This document shows positions 52,001 through 64,000 of a stretch of 64,000 bases of DNA, one piece after another (positions within the stretch are counted from its first letter, which is position 1; each line of letters starts with the position of its first letter). The stretch lies in the NCBI GenBank assembly GCA_030141605.1, contig JAQGDQ010000063.1, positions 558,001 through 622,000 on the forward strand, in the 5' to 3' direction. The position numbers were made by a program, and so were the translations under genes. The notes under the pieces are model-generated. The model saw only the letters and a list, made by a program, of their open reading frames with translations, had not been told where the DNA came from and did not search any database. The DNA comes from Tubiluchus corallicola (taxonomy: Eukaryota > Animalia > Priapulida).

Positions 52001-55000
52001 GAACTTAATTACATGTAAAATCTATAATACTGTAGAACAGTGGGCCTGCAACAGCCGCAAAATTTCTTAAACTCAAAGACAATGGGTGTTCCAAATAGCA
52101 TATAGCACAGGAGGGGGTTGAAAGAGAACTTTGAAATACACCCTTCCCATTTCATCTAGTGGGCATCTCTCCCAAAGAAAAATCTATCTGCCTTATCGAA
52201 CGTTTCATCCTCTTTTTGCGAGTGTGCTTATTTTTTCTTAACATCCCCAAAGAGTTGCACAAATCGAGTTTCACTGGAGGCTGTTCCTGCAGTTTTTCAC
52301 AAAATTTGTGTGTTATAGACACCGTGCCTGGCACGGTCCCATTCTTTAGTAATAAGAGGTATAAGTTTTGCAAATTTTTGAGAAAAACGGTCAAAAAAGG
52401 TGTTTTTGAAGGTTTTGCGACCCCACGTTCTTCCAGGTGGGCCTGATTCGAAAAATAAACCCCAATGGCAAATCTGTGGGTCATGTCAAGACCTTTGGTT
52501 TGGTGTCCAGAACGTCGAAAATGGTAACGTCATCGTCGCTTTAGCCGAGTTGGTTGTATATATATATATATATATATGTGTGTATACATATATACCACTG
52601 AAATTAATATATAGAGATTTAAGGAAAAAAGCAGTCTCTAGGGTATGGAGAATGCAGTAGCAATGGTTCATGTGCCCTACAGTTAGCACTAAATCTTGAA
52701 ATGGAATTAGAAATTTATCACATTTCACCAATTGACCTATTAAACACCTGTGTAAAATAAATTTAACTATATTAAAGAAATATAACTATGAGGTAATGTA
52801 ATTTACTGCATCTTGTAGGTGCTGTGTATCTGCAGAAACTTGGAGGTGAATATCATTGTCATTTCAATATGGATCTTTTTTGGGTAATCACGGAAGTAAA
52901 TGTATTATTAAAATCATTACAATGTCAAATTCGGAGAAATACAAATCTAATGCGTAATTATCAGTGTCATTTTCAGTGTGAAAAGTCATCAATGTGAAAA
53001 GACTTTAAACCAAGATCGAGTTTTGACTTTGGTTTGAAATCATAAACTGGGTCTTAGTTAAAAGTCCGTGTTCAGTGTAAAGCAAGGATAGCAGGTAATC
53101 GTACTGTTAAGTTCAAATTTACTGCAGCTTGCAGGAATGACCTGACTTCTATAGGATTGAACTAGGGCTATATGGAGCCAACCTTAACAAACAATGAGTG
53201 GCAAACTCATCTTCACTGAAAACTGTTTCCAAAATAGTGTGGCACGAAGCATTATCAACAACAAGGACAACTGGAGCTGAGAAATTTGTCCTGCTCTTTT
53301 CAAGCATTCCCGGATGAATTCTCTTGCCAACTCTTGAACGAAATTCCCTCGCCGTATCATGATAAATCATGCCTAAACTGCTACTAAAGTGCATCCAATT
53401 AAGTGTACATTAGCTCCACGACTACCAGCTGCAACAATTTTGAACAGACGCTTCCCTTCTTGGAGTATCCAGTAGTGTGTGAAATGAAAAGATTGAAATT
53501 TGTTTCATCAGATTACAATATAATGTATAGGTAAATTTAAAGGTTGATATCTTTATAGTTTTCCTGCATAATGCTGCGTTTTTTCTATGTTCACTTCAAA
53601 ATTTGCCGTTTCTACTTCATAATAAACTCTTTTCAAAGTGAATGACAGTCCTTCCAGGTGTCGTCTTATGTACTGTGTGCGTAAATTTAGCATGTTAAAA
53701 CTATTTTTTGCCATCCTAATTAAGTCATTGAACGTTAGTCTAGGGTTCCTCTTTACACATTTTCGACAAATGCCCAGTGTTCAGGCCCAATTTTGTAATA
53801 ACGCCTGCTACCACATTTCTTATCATCATGTTTGGTACTATTGATTCATTTACAGCCAATTGATGTTTTGGCGCCCCCACTCTTGAGAAAAACATTCTCA
53901 CTAATCACTTCCACTGTTGTAAACTAATCTAATTTATCGTTTCTCTTCATCTGCCTCTTTCTAGGATGACTAGGATCTTTATACTACAGTATTTCAATAT
54001 AACAATGATTAAAATGAATTTGTTATTGATTATTGATTGTTTTGAACTTGAAATGAACAATGAGTATATAGTACTTGCTGATTTGAAATATTCTTTGGAA
54101 GCCTCTTTTGCCTCAAGAGGGGTCGTTGAGAATAGACATTCGTACTCCCGAAGAATCCCATGAAATACAATAAGTACAACTCCTTTGCTTTGCAGGTATG
54201 GTCAAAATGATATTGAAAATCATGCAGCAATATAATTATACAATATTAAAGACTATATTAACGTATAGTTGAACAGCATAAAAACTGCGGTCATTGTTTA
54301 CTGATTACCTTAATCTTTTCAGTAACCTCAAACTCTAGTGTCTTCACGTTTGCTTCTTGCGAAGTGGCCAATTGTTTAGACTTCCTTTCAACCTCTTCCT
54401 CCAGATCAACAATTTGGTTTTGTAGGTTTTTGTTTTCTCTTTCCAAAGACAATTTCTCACTCTCAAGTCGCTCCCGTATCTGCCACTCATGCGCGTTCTT
54501 AGACTGCAAATTCTCTAACTACACAAAAAGGTTATAATTATATAAAGTTGAATTCATTACAGCTTAATCTGTTACAGATTAGGTGAATATGTGTATAAGG
54601 TCTTAACATTAAGCAATTCTTAACTGTTGGTATAAAATATGCACAAATTTTCCATTCTAAATTTTGCACCTCGTTATGTCTATGACACACCAAAGTGCCC
54701 AGCATCTAGTCTTTGCATGTAGCATCTGGTAGCGAGAAATAAAAGTGTATAATATTAATAAGTGGTAAACATTACGACAGCAGACATTGGAAGCCAAATG
54801 CTAGAAAGTAGAAACCATTCCTGCATTTAGCGTCCAGTGTCCAGCATCTGTTCCACACCAACCAATGACGGCTGTCTCTGTGATCACGTTGTCTGTGTCT
54901 GTAAACTGTGAAGCTAATAAGCAATGAAAAAATAAAAGCATTGCAAAAATAAATTCGATTACCATCTTTTTAAATTTTTTGCAAAAAATATGCGTTGGAT

Positions 55001-57876
55001 GCCTTATTCTAATACCCAGTGAATGCTAGATACTAGAGGCTGGCAGGCAGGTGCCACATGTTGGAAGTTGGATGCTTTGGTGTATCATAGGTTTTATTAT
55101 TTAATGAAAATGTTATTTATTGTCAGATTACAACTGAACAAGAATACTAGTCAATGGAGGTTATTTGCCAATAACTGACAATATAACAAATTGATCAAAA
55201 TGTTTTATCATGGGTATGCATCAAAGACAATGCACAGTAACAAATGAGCAGACAGACAACAAAAACTCTCGTGTGTTCCCTAGGACTAACGAATGTCCTT
55301 CATGTGTTGCCCTGACTAACGAACAGTCTCATGTGTTGCGAAGGAATAACGAATACTCTTGTGTGTTGCTTAGGAATAACGAGTATTCTCGTATGTTGCC
55401 CACAAACAACGAATACTCTCTCATGGGTTGCCTAATACATAATATACAAATCATAATACAAACCTCTTTCCTTAAATCTGTCAATTTCGAGCTCATGTCC
55501 AATTTACAAAAATCTTCATCATCAGAAGCAGTCTCATATTTGCTCATCAGGTCTTTATGCTCTTCTCTTGATAATGACAACTAAAACAAATTTCAAAATA
55601 TCAGGCTTAATGAGTATCACAAAATAGTACAAACAGCTGTTGAGCTAATCAAGCTAAAGTTAGTACAAAACTCAAATATAGTTTGTAAGGTTACTGCTCT
55701 TATCCATTCACTGTGACTGTTTCAATGTGAAAGACTGTCAGGTGAGTTTGATCCTCAAAGTAAGCAAGTTTAGCTAAAACATTTTTATTTCTGCAATCAT
55801 CCCCAAATCGATAAATATCATGTTCCCTATTTATGTAAAGCTATTTACAAATTACTATGAATAAAGCATTTCAATAAAAGCGACAATCAACAATGAAATG
55901 GAAATAAATAAATAAGAATCAAGCATTGAATGGAGCAGTGTTAAATTGATCACTGTGAGCTACACACAAAAAGTTATATGTCTGTATATTATTGTTTATA
56001 TATACTCTCACAAGATATATTGTTGCAGCAACAAGCAGATCAATAAAATCCAAACCCCAATTATCCAAACACCCACAAAAATGAAACTATAACAAACCTC
56101 ATTGATCAAGGAAGTTTTGTCTTCTGAAAGTTTTTTACATTTATCTTTCATCTCCACTAATTCACTTTCACTGCTTAACAAGCTTTTGGACGACGCTGAC
56201 ATTTCCCTGTAAACGAAAAGAAATATTGTGCTTTTTCATAAGATATTTACAGACCTATAGCTCAAGTAAACAGTCAATATGATAGACCCTACTGTCAAAG
56301 ATAGTTTACAACTTTAGCAAAACATACAAGTTGATGTCTTATAAATACACACACACACACAGAACTTGGTAAGTAAACATGCTTATCAACATTAGGTTTA
56401 CCTCTTCAAAACGTTAGTCAACTAGTCACGATTAGATACTTCAATTCTAGAAGTCATTCTAATTTCAAGACCAGAAATACATATAAACCCGTTTCCTGAA
56501 ATCCAGACCACCGAAATGTAACTTCTTAAAATGAAAATTATCCACATAATACCAGCAAAACGTCCAGCACCATACAAAACACATGCGCATTAAGCTTGAC
56601 AGGCTCAAATCATTAAATGATTTAAAAAAGAATTCGAATATCCATATTACTTTCCTAGTGTGCAAAATAAGTTCTAAAATATACGAAATAACTATAAGAA
56701 TGCAAAATTAATTTTATGAAATTAGGTCTAAATCACTGATACATATATATTCAGATTCAATCACATTAAAATACTTTAAATGGGTGATTTTTGTAAGGTA
56801 AAATAGAATTCACAACAGGTTACATTTTAAATGAAGTGTACATAACATGCATTGCTTAATTTTGCCTAAGTTTCTACTGTTTTCAGTTTAAAAAATATAT
56901 TAATATACATGTTATAATCATTATACTGTTTAATAGTTACAATGTAACTACAGTCAATATAGTCGTTGCAATTGAATAAATTACCATAGACTGAAAAGTT
57001 GTGTCAAGCAAGCCATGTCACAAGAAAATTATGTTAATTTAAAATTTTTACATACTGCTTTTTAGTTTCCACATTAGAAGAAGCAGATAGGTTTTCATGG
57101 CTGTCCTGTGCACAGGTCATGCTTGGCACTTCTGCCTTTTCTTCAAATTTTTCTGGAGAGTTACAATCTTCAGACAAAGCAACAAGGGGATCTCCGGTCA
57201 CGAGAACATTGATTGTTCCATGTTCTGACTGGACTGCAGCATTTTGTGACACAGGAACTTCACATGCCAATGAATGGCCACTAGCCACATTGAAATTGTT
57301 GATATACATTTCACGTAATGTACACTGAACTGACACATCGTCTTTTTCTACATTATTTAAACAGGTTGCCTTTCCCTGTTTCACATTTGCACATCTGTAC
57401 TCTTGCAGCTCACACTGTAGTTTTTCTACTTCATGAGCAAGATCTTCCTTCTCACGCTTTAAAATACTACATTCTTTATGACTAGAATCAAGTTTAGATT
57501 TGTACTGCCTGATGTCATCCCGTGCTTTATTGCGCTCTGATCGCACTTTAGACCACTTTTCTCTCCAGTTAGATGTACAATCAGACCACCAACGCATAGT
57601 CTTCTCCATTTGTGCAGCACGTGCACGAACTTCATCAAGTTCTCTAATAAGAAGTTGTTCTCGTGTATTACAATCTTCTGAAGCATTTCTAACTTCATTT
57701 ATAACCGTTTTTAAAGGCAGTGCGGATGGTGGCTGCATTGATAAGCTAACCGCAGGTGAAGACTGATGAGATACATTATCATAAAATCTTGGAGAACAAG
57801 AACTGCCTTGAGAATTATAATCAGTCTGAGATTTTCTAGAACAATTGTAATCCGACTTTTTGTTATGGGAAGACAT
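45949..57876 (-). CDS. CCDC102A: Coiled-coil domain-containing protein 102 (CCDC102A/B family), 7 coding exons, 552 aa
   Basis: Signature ELDEVRARAAQMEKTMRWWSDCTSNWREKWSKVRSERNKAR, plus ERLESEKLSLERENK and ANRRAEQYESEV. Exons splice in frame (1659 nt). Confidence 0.93.
46989..47092 (-). CDS. CCDC102A: CCDC102 exon (VDSQGATIRKLQRTNDDLQSECENLQLQLNHVQTR)
   Basis: ttacag| acceptor, |gtaaaa donor; RKLQR..ENLQ.QL.H motif. Confidence 0.92.
48243..48413 (-). CDS. CCDC102A: CCDC102 exon (ELSNIKHSYAKLKK...AASEDE)
   Basis: ttgtag| acceptor, |gtaggt donor. Confidence 0.93.
48560..52560. repeat. Three diverged copies of an unclassified repeat of about 0.8-0.9 kb (about 48560-49290, 50830-51750, 51770-52560)
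   Basis: Shared ATGGTGA-(GAT/GAC)n-(CAA)n-AAACATTTTGCACAAA block and shared downstream blocks (CAATGGGTGTTCCAAATAG, TGCAGTTTTTCACAAAATTTG). Confidence 0.75.
49298..50384 (-). mobile_element. Tigger/pogo-derived internally deleted element (1087 bp)
   Basis: Perfect TIR CAGTCTAGCCTCGTTATCTCGCC with TA TSD; pogo-type C-terminus ...AVDTLMRYFEQ...MKQLSLLNYF. Confidence 0.9.
53100..53900 (-). mobile_element. Degenerate Tc1/IS630-type DDE transposase
   Basis: VVLVVDNASCH...LRLAPYSP motif; upstream HTH-like IRRHLEGLSFTLKRV; frameshifted. Confidence 0.8.
54309..54518 (-). CDS. CCDC102A: CCDC102 exon (LENLQSKNAHEWQIRERLESEKLSLERENK...EKIK)
   Basis: tgtgtag| acceptor, |gtaatc donor. Confidence 0.93.
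54680..55090. mobile_element. Old MITE-like element
   Basis: Inverted termini CTATGACACACCAAAG / CTTTGGTGTATCATAG; internal (CC)AGCATCT repeats. Confidence 0.5.
55258..55421. repeat. 30-bp minisatellite, about 5.5 copies
   Basis: Unit approximately AACGAATACTCTCGTGTGTTGCTAAGGAAT. Confidence 0.85.
55464..55580 (-). CDS. CCDC102A: CCDC102 exon (LSLSREEHK...KLTDLRKE)
   Basis: ttttag| acceptor, |gtttgt donor. Confidence 0.87.
56098..56206 (-). CDS. CCDC102A: CCDC102 exon (EMSASSKSLL...SLINE)
   Basis: tttacag| acceptor, |gtttgt donor. Confidence 0.85.
57056..57876 (-). CDS. CCDC102A: CCDC102 first coding exon
   Basis: ATG at 57876 downstream of an acceptor at 57929; donor CA|gtatgt. Confidence 0.92.
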
Positions 57877-58936
57877 GGCAAGGACTTAAAGGGACTTCAT
57901 CTGTTATTATCATAGCAGTCTAGCTCCCCTAAAATTAACATAAGCATTGCAAATTATTTCTGTAATAGCAATGCAATGCAAGAACTATAGCAACAAAATG
58001 GATTTATTACTACAACTGATAAACTAGCAGCCATGTAATTATAATTTATCTTTTATCAGAACTAAAAATTAAGAAAGTTTAAAACTGGATTCCATTTATT
58101 ATCAAAGTTATCACTTAGTAATAATTTTAGGTTTAAAAATGCACAGCCTGGATCATGATGTATTCGATCATAGCTAGAAAATGATATAAAGACTAGTTTG
58201 TTGTTATTGCTCAAACATAAGCTTTGCAAGGAAAACTTTATACATAGAATAAAATCTTCAACCAAAGTTTGTACCTAGCTCCTACATGTATTAATGTAGT
58301 TATCATTAAAATAATCTTTTAACCATAGTTTACTAAGAACTTCTAGTAAATAAAGCTGCCATTGATATTTAAGCATGCACCTCAAGGGGTGAACTTTTGG
58401 TAGAAGAAGCATTGCTCTCATACTGAAGCTAAATGAACTACTGAACTATCCAGTACCATTTACTAGTCCTCACTTCAGTACAAATGAAGAAGCCGATCTC
58501 ATTACTACTGCTAGAAGTTTCTGTACTTGCAGGAGCATATTTGTGCAAATAATGTGTGGAATGATCTATTCAGCTTTTGGGTACAATAACAATCTATATA
58601 AGCCATGTTACGATGATTCTTATTGAATGATCCAAAAATGTTTACGTTTCCTATGATAGTAGTAACAGAAGATCTTGGAAGATGAGTATCTAGATTGCAT
58701 GGAGCTGATGAAATATGAGATATACTGGGGTGCTCAAACTAACTATAAGCCAAGTTTATGCAAAAAATAGTTTTTGGATCAACATAATATAAAGATACAA
58801 AAAAATGATAAATATATATTTTTAACTAATGTACATAATGTTAGTTTATGTAATAGTAGTTTTAATCATGAGCAACAGTAAATTAACTTGATGCTTCAAG
58901 CTTTTAATATATGAAAGCGACATCATTTTGAAAATC

Positions 58937-59812
58937 ATCGCCCTGGGAAAAGGTCGCATCTGACTTGTTTGAATACGAGTACAAGAATTATCTGTTAGTG
59001 ACAGATTATAACTACCCAGAGGTTACTTACATACCCAACACTAGTAGCAAGCAAGTGATATTAGCTATGAAGAAATTTTTTCTCATCATGGAGTTCCTGA
59101 AAAATTGTTCTCTGACAATGGTACCTGCTATTCGAGCGCAGAGTTCTCTACATTTGCCAAGGAATGGGGTTTCAGACATAAAACCTCTAGCCCCCATTTT
59201 CCTCAAACCAATGGTCTTACAGAAAATTCAGTGAAGGTTATAAAGAGAATCTTCAAGAAGGCACATGAAGTCAGAGAAGATCCATTAATGGGGTTGATGA
59301 TCCACCGCAACACCCCTCTCGAGAATGGATACTCCCCTTGCCAATTGCTAATGAATCACTCTATACTTACAAACTTACCAGATGGTCGCAAGCTTCTTAA
59401 AGATAGCACCTCTGACAACACTGTGCATCAGGAGAAGCAAGCTTGTAAACTGAAACAAAATAATCATGTTAGCCATAGCCCCTTACCAGAACTTGTACTT
59501 GGAGACCCTGTTAGGGTACACACTTCACACCAAAAGGATTGGTCAGAGCAAGGAGAAGTTGTAAAGCAAGTAGCCCCCAGACCTTACCTGGTGAGAACAG
59601 AAAATGAAGCCCTACATAGAAGAAACTGCAAACATCTTCTGAAGATTAAAGACATGCCACCATCTATCGTGACTAATACTCAGTGAAATCACAAGTGTCT
59701 GCTGGCCAGACTACTGTTATTAACTTACATAGATAAACAACTGCTACAAGGTTACATAACCAGATTGGGAGGAATTAGCAAACCACCTAATAGACTTATT
59801 GAAACTGCATAA
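58937..59812 (+). mobile_element. Ty3/Gypsy LTR retrotransposon integrase fragment
   Basis: PWEKVASDLFE, HGVPEKLFSDNG, TSSPHFPQTNGLTE (rve), RRNCKHLL and TRLGGISKPPNRL; frameshifts; possible PPT near 60118-60130. Confidence 0.9.
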
Positions 59813-60613
59813 TTTGAATTATACATATGTGAAACTTGTTTCTACTTAAACTGCAACGTTGAATAGTCCTTTTTATTGAGTTAGCTAGACTTAATTAAAA
59901 TGTCCTACTGTGTTTAAATATTTAAAAAAGTGAACAAATTTGAGAATCGTAATTAACTTTGTAAAACAAAATCACTGGTGACATGATTTGTTCAATTTGT
60001 GTTAACTGTTTACTTTAGATATAGTTATAACCTGAAAAATTGTGTTTGACATCCAAGTTCCATAAGATAAAGGGTAATTTCATTTAGTTGTTTGGAAAAA
60101 GTAATGTTAAATATGATTGAAGAAAAGATAGACATTATAATGATATGGGCAATTTTAAATACCCAGTTCTATTCATGAAATTCAGCACTTATGGTTCCAG
60201 ATCAAGGTGTATCGTTCCTTTAAAGTAGTAACTCACAAAGTTGCTTGTTTTATCCCAAGAAGGGAATATGTAATGATAAGAGTATGTTCATTAATCATAA
60301 TTCACATAAATCACAATAGATGGCACTGCAATGTTATAACTGATTTAGCGCCTGAGTTTGAGCGCACATTCATTGTTGCTTTTCTTTTGGATAATAATTA
60401 ATGGCGACTTTAACACAGTCATTTGTATCTGATTTTTCCTGATGTTTATTAAACCATCCTGTCATCACAACGCTTGATTTCGCTAAAAAAATATCTGAAA
60501 CACCAAAAGTTCTAATAGTTTAAGTTACAGAAACGTTGAACAGACAAAATTGTTAAACTATAATCGTTGGCATTATAACTTAACACCAACAACTTCAGCA
60601 ATTATATTTAATG

Positions 60614-60858
60614 TATTATATTATATTATATTATATTATATTATATTATATTATATTATATTATATTATATTATATTATATTATATTATATTATATTATA
60701 TTATATTATATTATATTATATTATATTATATTATATTATATTATATTATATTATATTATATTATATTATATTATATTATATTATATTATATTATATTATA
60801 TTATATTATATTATATTATATTATATTATATTATATTATATTATATTATATTATATTA
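60614..60858. repeat. (TTATA)n pentanucleotide microsatellite
   Basis: Pure tract of about 245 bp. Confidence 0.98.
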
Positions 60859-60860
60859 AT

Positions 60861-62290
60861 ATATTTCGATAAAGTTCCACATAGAAAACTCATGTTAGAA
60901 CTTGCCGCACATGGGATTTCTGGCAACCTCTACAACTGGATAGAAGATTTTCTTAAAGACTGCTCACAATGAGTTCGAATCAACTCTGAGAAATCTTCAT
61001 GGAGACCAGTTAGGAGCGGAGTACCACAGGGAAGTGTATTAGGGCCTATACTATTCCTTATGTTCATCAACAATCTACCACACAATTTAAATTCATCAGT
61101 GAAAATGTTTGCCAATGATACACAGACTCCAGAATGAAATTAACCTATCAGACTCATGGTCGCAAATGTCTTTCAACGTGGCAAAGTGTAGGGTTCTACA
61201 CTTAGGGAAAGACAATGTAACCCATGGCTACTATATGAGCAACTATACAAATCAGTCAGTTCCAAAAACAGCAGTAACAAAACAGAAAGACTTGGGTGTT
61301 TTAATTGACCAGTCTCTCACGTGTGATGAACACATTGACGAAATATCCAAACGCGCTAGGAAACGATTATGGATGATAAGGCGCTCTTTTGTAAACTCAC
61401 TAACAGGATTTGGGCACGGGACTAAAACTGTACAGATTTAGGCAAAATAAACTATTTTACTGAAAACGGTAAAGGAGTTTCATAGCAACAGATTCATCAG
61501 CTAAAGGTGGTAATGTTACAAGTGGCTTACAACAGGGAAGCCCAGATCGGGCGGAGGCTAACAGTTAAGTAGTAATGCCTACATCACAAGAGGATGTAAC
61601 CAATGTGACAGAGGGGAGTGTTGGCACAAGTGAAGCCATAGTGCTCTTACACTTTCACCTATGTGGATACTGATATGATGGCCATTTTGTACAAAACATT
61701 CATAAGACCAATATTAGACTATGGTGATGTAATTTGGCGTCCATCCAAACTTCAAGCAGTACGTAAGGTAGAATCTATACAATGGAAAGTCACCAAGTTA
61801 GTATAATCAATCAAAGATGTACCATATGCAGAGAGAATGCAGAGACTAAATTTATCATCCTTACGTTTCAGAAGAAAAAGAGGTGACCAATTCATGCTGT
61901 ATCGTACATACAACAACCTTACAAGAATTGATAGCAGAAAATATTTTTCAGTTAATCCACGTGGAGCGGGATACAAGTTTACAAAACCCAGATGTAGAAA
62001 CAAGAACAGATTCATTTTCAGAATGATAAATGATTGGAACTCCCACACCACATCGATATGGAGCACCACATCAGCAGATCAATTCAAGGAGAAACTAGAC
62101 ATGTATTGGAAAGATCATCCGATGAAGTTCCACGATCCGTTCCAGCCTGAGTCCAACTCCTCTGTAACACCATTCCAGTCTATCATAAATCAACACATCT
62201 GACCAGTTTGCAATACCACTGAACTTGCTTCTTCACCACACCATGACAACTGCCGCTAGGCGGCACTTCCACTTGAGAGTCAACTTTAGA
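60861..62290 (+). mobile_element. 5'-truncated CR1-type LINE reverse transcriptase fragment, with an insertion at about 61400-61680
   Basis: FDKVPHRKL, SGVPQGSVLGPILFLMFIN, KMFANDT, FNVAKCRVLHLG, KDLGV, LRFRRKRGD. Confidence 0.92.
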
Positions 62291-62819
62291 GAGATAACAT
62301 AATTTCATAAATATAAAACGAGAGAGAGAAAACTTGTGGTAAAACAATTAACAGAGGTTTATTAAAAGAGACAACTATGGGTAAAAAGCCTAATTATAGG
62401 CTTCGCCCTGTCGATCTACGGTAATTTAAACAAAATTTGCAAACGAACAATAGAAAAATGGGACTTATAAACATTAGAACTATAATTCTATTCAAAAACT
62501 TTAAACGTACGCGCGCTCTCTTCAAAATATTGATGAAAATTCAACCAACCTCTACTCTGTTTGTCTTTCAAATCTAATTTGCAAGTTCATACTGCACACT
62601 ATCATAAAAATTCATCTGTTTTTTATAGAATATACTACCAACACAACCTCTAGTTCTGCCCCATGGAAAGTGTCGCCATCTCTGGTAAAATATATTCAAA
62701 TATGATTCTGCTATCTCTCACGGTCACCCTTTTGCAGTCTCCAGTCTGCATCCTTCGTGTTGGCATAGGGAAACAATCTCTTTGTAGGGCGCGAAGTACG
62801 CCACACTGTGGAAAAGCAA

Positions 62820-63465
62820 TGTCGTATTTGGGCAGCCCAAGTAGGGCACTGGCAATTTCTGTCGAGAATCGAGAATTATGACATAATAAAACATAAAAAC
62901 AAATTTGTTTTCCAAAAAAGAAACTTCATAATAGTAATGGATAGTCCTTGACTATTTACAAATGTATTTTTCGCAATAATATCATCATTATTATTAGCTC
63001 CATTGATATCGTCATAACATTAAGCTAAGTATCTAATGCTTTAAAAAGAGAAACTATGTAGGGCACATAGCTCGCTAGCCCATTTACTTTGTAGAAAACA
63101 ATTATTTGTCCAAGAGGTAGTGAAACGGATCACCTGTCTGTGAAGCAAGACAAAATGAAAAATGATTGTTGAAATTGCCTAGAAAGCGAGCTTATTTCAC
63201 TTCAAAAAGATTAATATAGAAACCAAATATAATATTGGCCATTCTACTAGCTCAGAATAATATTCTTTTATTTTATCAGATGTGTAATAAACTATTCAAC
63301 AGATAGAGCAACAGAATAATAATAATAATAAATTATTCTACATGTATTGACGTTTTCAATTATTATTATTATTAAATAAACAAAGACAACGGACGGTGCC
63401 AGTATGGCTACCGACTCTGTTCGTGACCTGTCTCTAGTGTCCTACTTGGGCAGCCCATGTACGAC
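62820..63465. repeat. Inverted repeat pair, possibly an old MITE
   Basis: GTCGTATTTGGGCAGCCCAAGTAGGGCAC at 62821 versus the reverse complement of GTGTCCTACTTGGGCAGCCCATGTACGAC at 63437. Confidence 0.5.
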
Positions 63466-63699
63466 TCGTCCTACTTCGTCAATTGTCCTACTCCGCTCTC
63501 AACATCCTGATTTTGAAAATTTGCTTCTCTAATTGACAACACGTTTGTTAATACTGTGCAGTTGAATAGATCTTTCTTTACCACACAGCTGACACACTAG
63601 ATCAGAAAAAACTACCCTCAAACAGCGTTCATCGTGTTTTAATTTACATTGAAAAATATTGAAATTACGGAGTAATATTCGCGCATAAAATGCCTTGCT

Positions 63700-64000
63700 T
63701 AAAATGCAGAAGAAATTTATATCATTTGTCTAGCTTCTACCAAACGAACCTCGCTGCAGGCATATTTGGGTTATTGGCGGTGGTCACGTGAGCATTATGT
63801 TTAGCGTAGAGGCATGGCTGTGAATATAAAGTTATGCAGGTGCGGGAAAATCAGAGAGAGAGAGAGGGAGGGGGGCGATTTGTGGAAAAACTACTTTACA
63901 GGAAATATTTATCGTGGAATCTCTCTGTGTTTTATTTGGTAGGCTTTTAGAGAAAGAAGGGGCGGTAAGAGAGAATGATTCGGTAAGTGGCCTTTCCCGC
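63700..64000. promoter_or_regulatory. Probable CCDC102 promoter / non-coding first exon, possibly bidirectional
   Basis: CpG/GC-rich; minus-strand donor GAG|GTTCGT at 63749; GTCACGTG E-box at 63783; GA repeats. Confidence 0.4.

Noticed and set aside
57119-57766. Overlapping antisense and alternate-frame ORFs
   Set aside because: Shadows of the CCDC102 coding exon.
60550-60972. ORFs with (YYIIL)n
   Set aside because: Translations of (TTATA)n; only the tail is CR1 RT.

Overview
AT-rich, intron-rich animal genomic DNA; the miR-2 family implies a protostome. Two spliced genes converge tail-to-tail. On +, a PPP4R1 orthologue (protein phosphatase 4 regulatory subunit 1, HEAT repeats) has 17 confident coding exons at 7519-42824 and 2 tentative 5' exons (about 990 aa in total). 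On -, a CCDC102-family coiled-coil gene has 7 coding exons at 57876-45949 (552 aa). The PPP4R1 intron 29119-30855 carries a miR-71/miR-2 cluster: one miR-71 and three complete miR-2 hairpins, plus two unusual orphan 3' arms (a duplicated miR-2 arm and a miR-71*-like arm). A near-identical 1667-bp tandem duplication covers both genes' 3' ends. Introns hold hAT, Tigger/pogo, Tc1/IS630, Harbinger-like and TTAA (Kolobok/T2-like) elements, L2 and CR1 LINE fragments, a Gypsy integrase fragment, a tRNA-Thr-derived palindrome, and micro- and minisatellites. All calls come from manual reading and recalled family motifs; no database searches were run.
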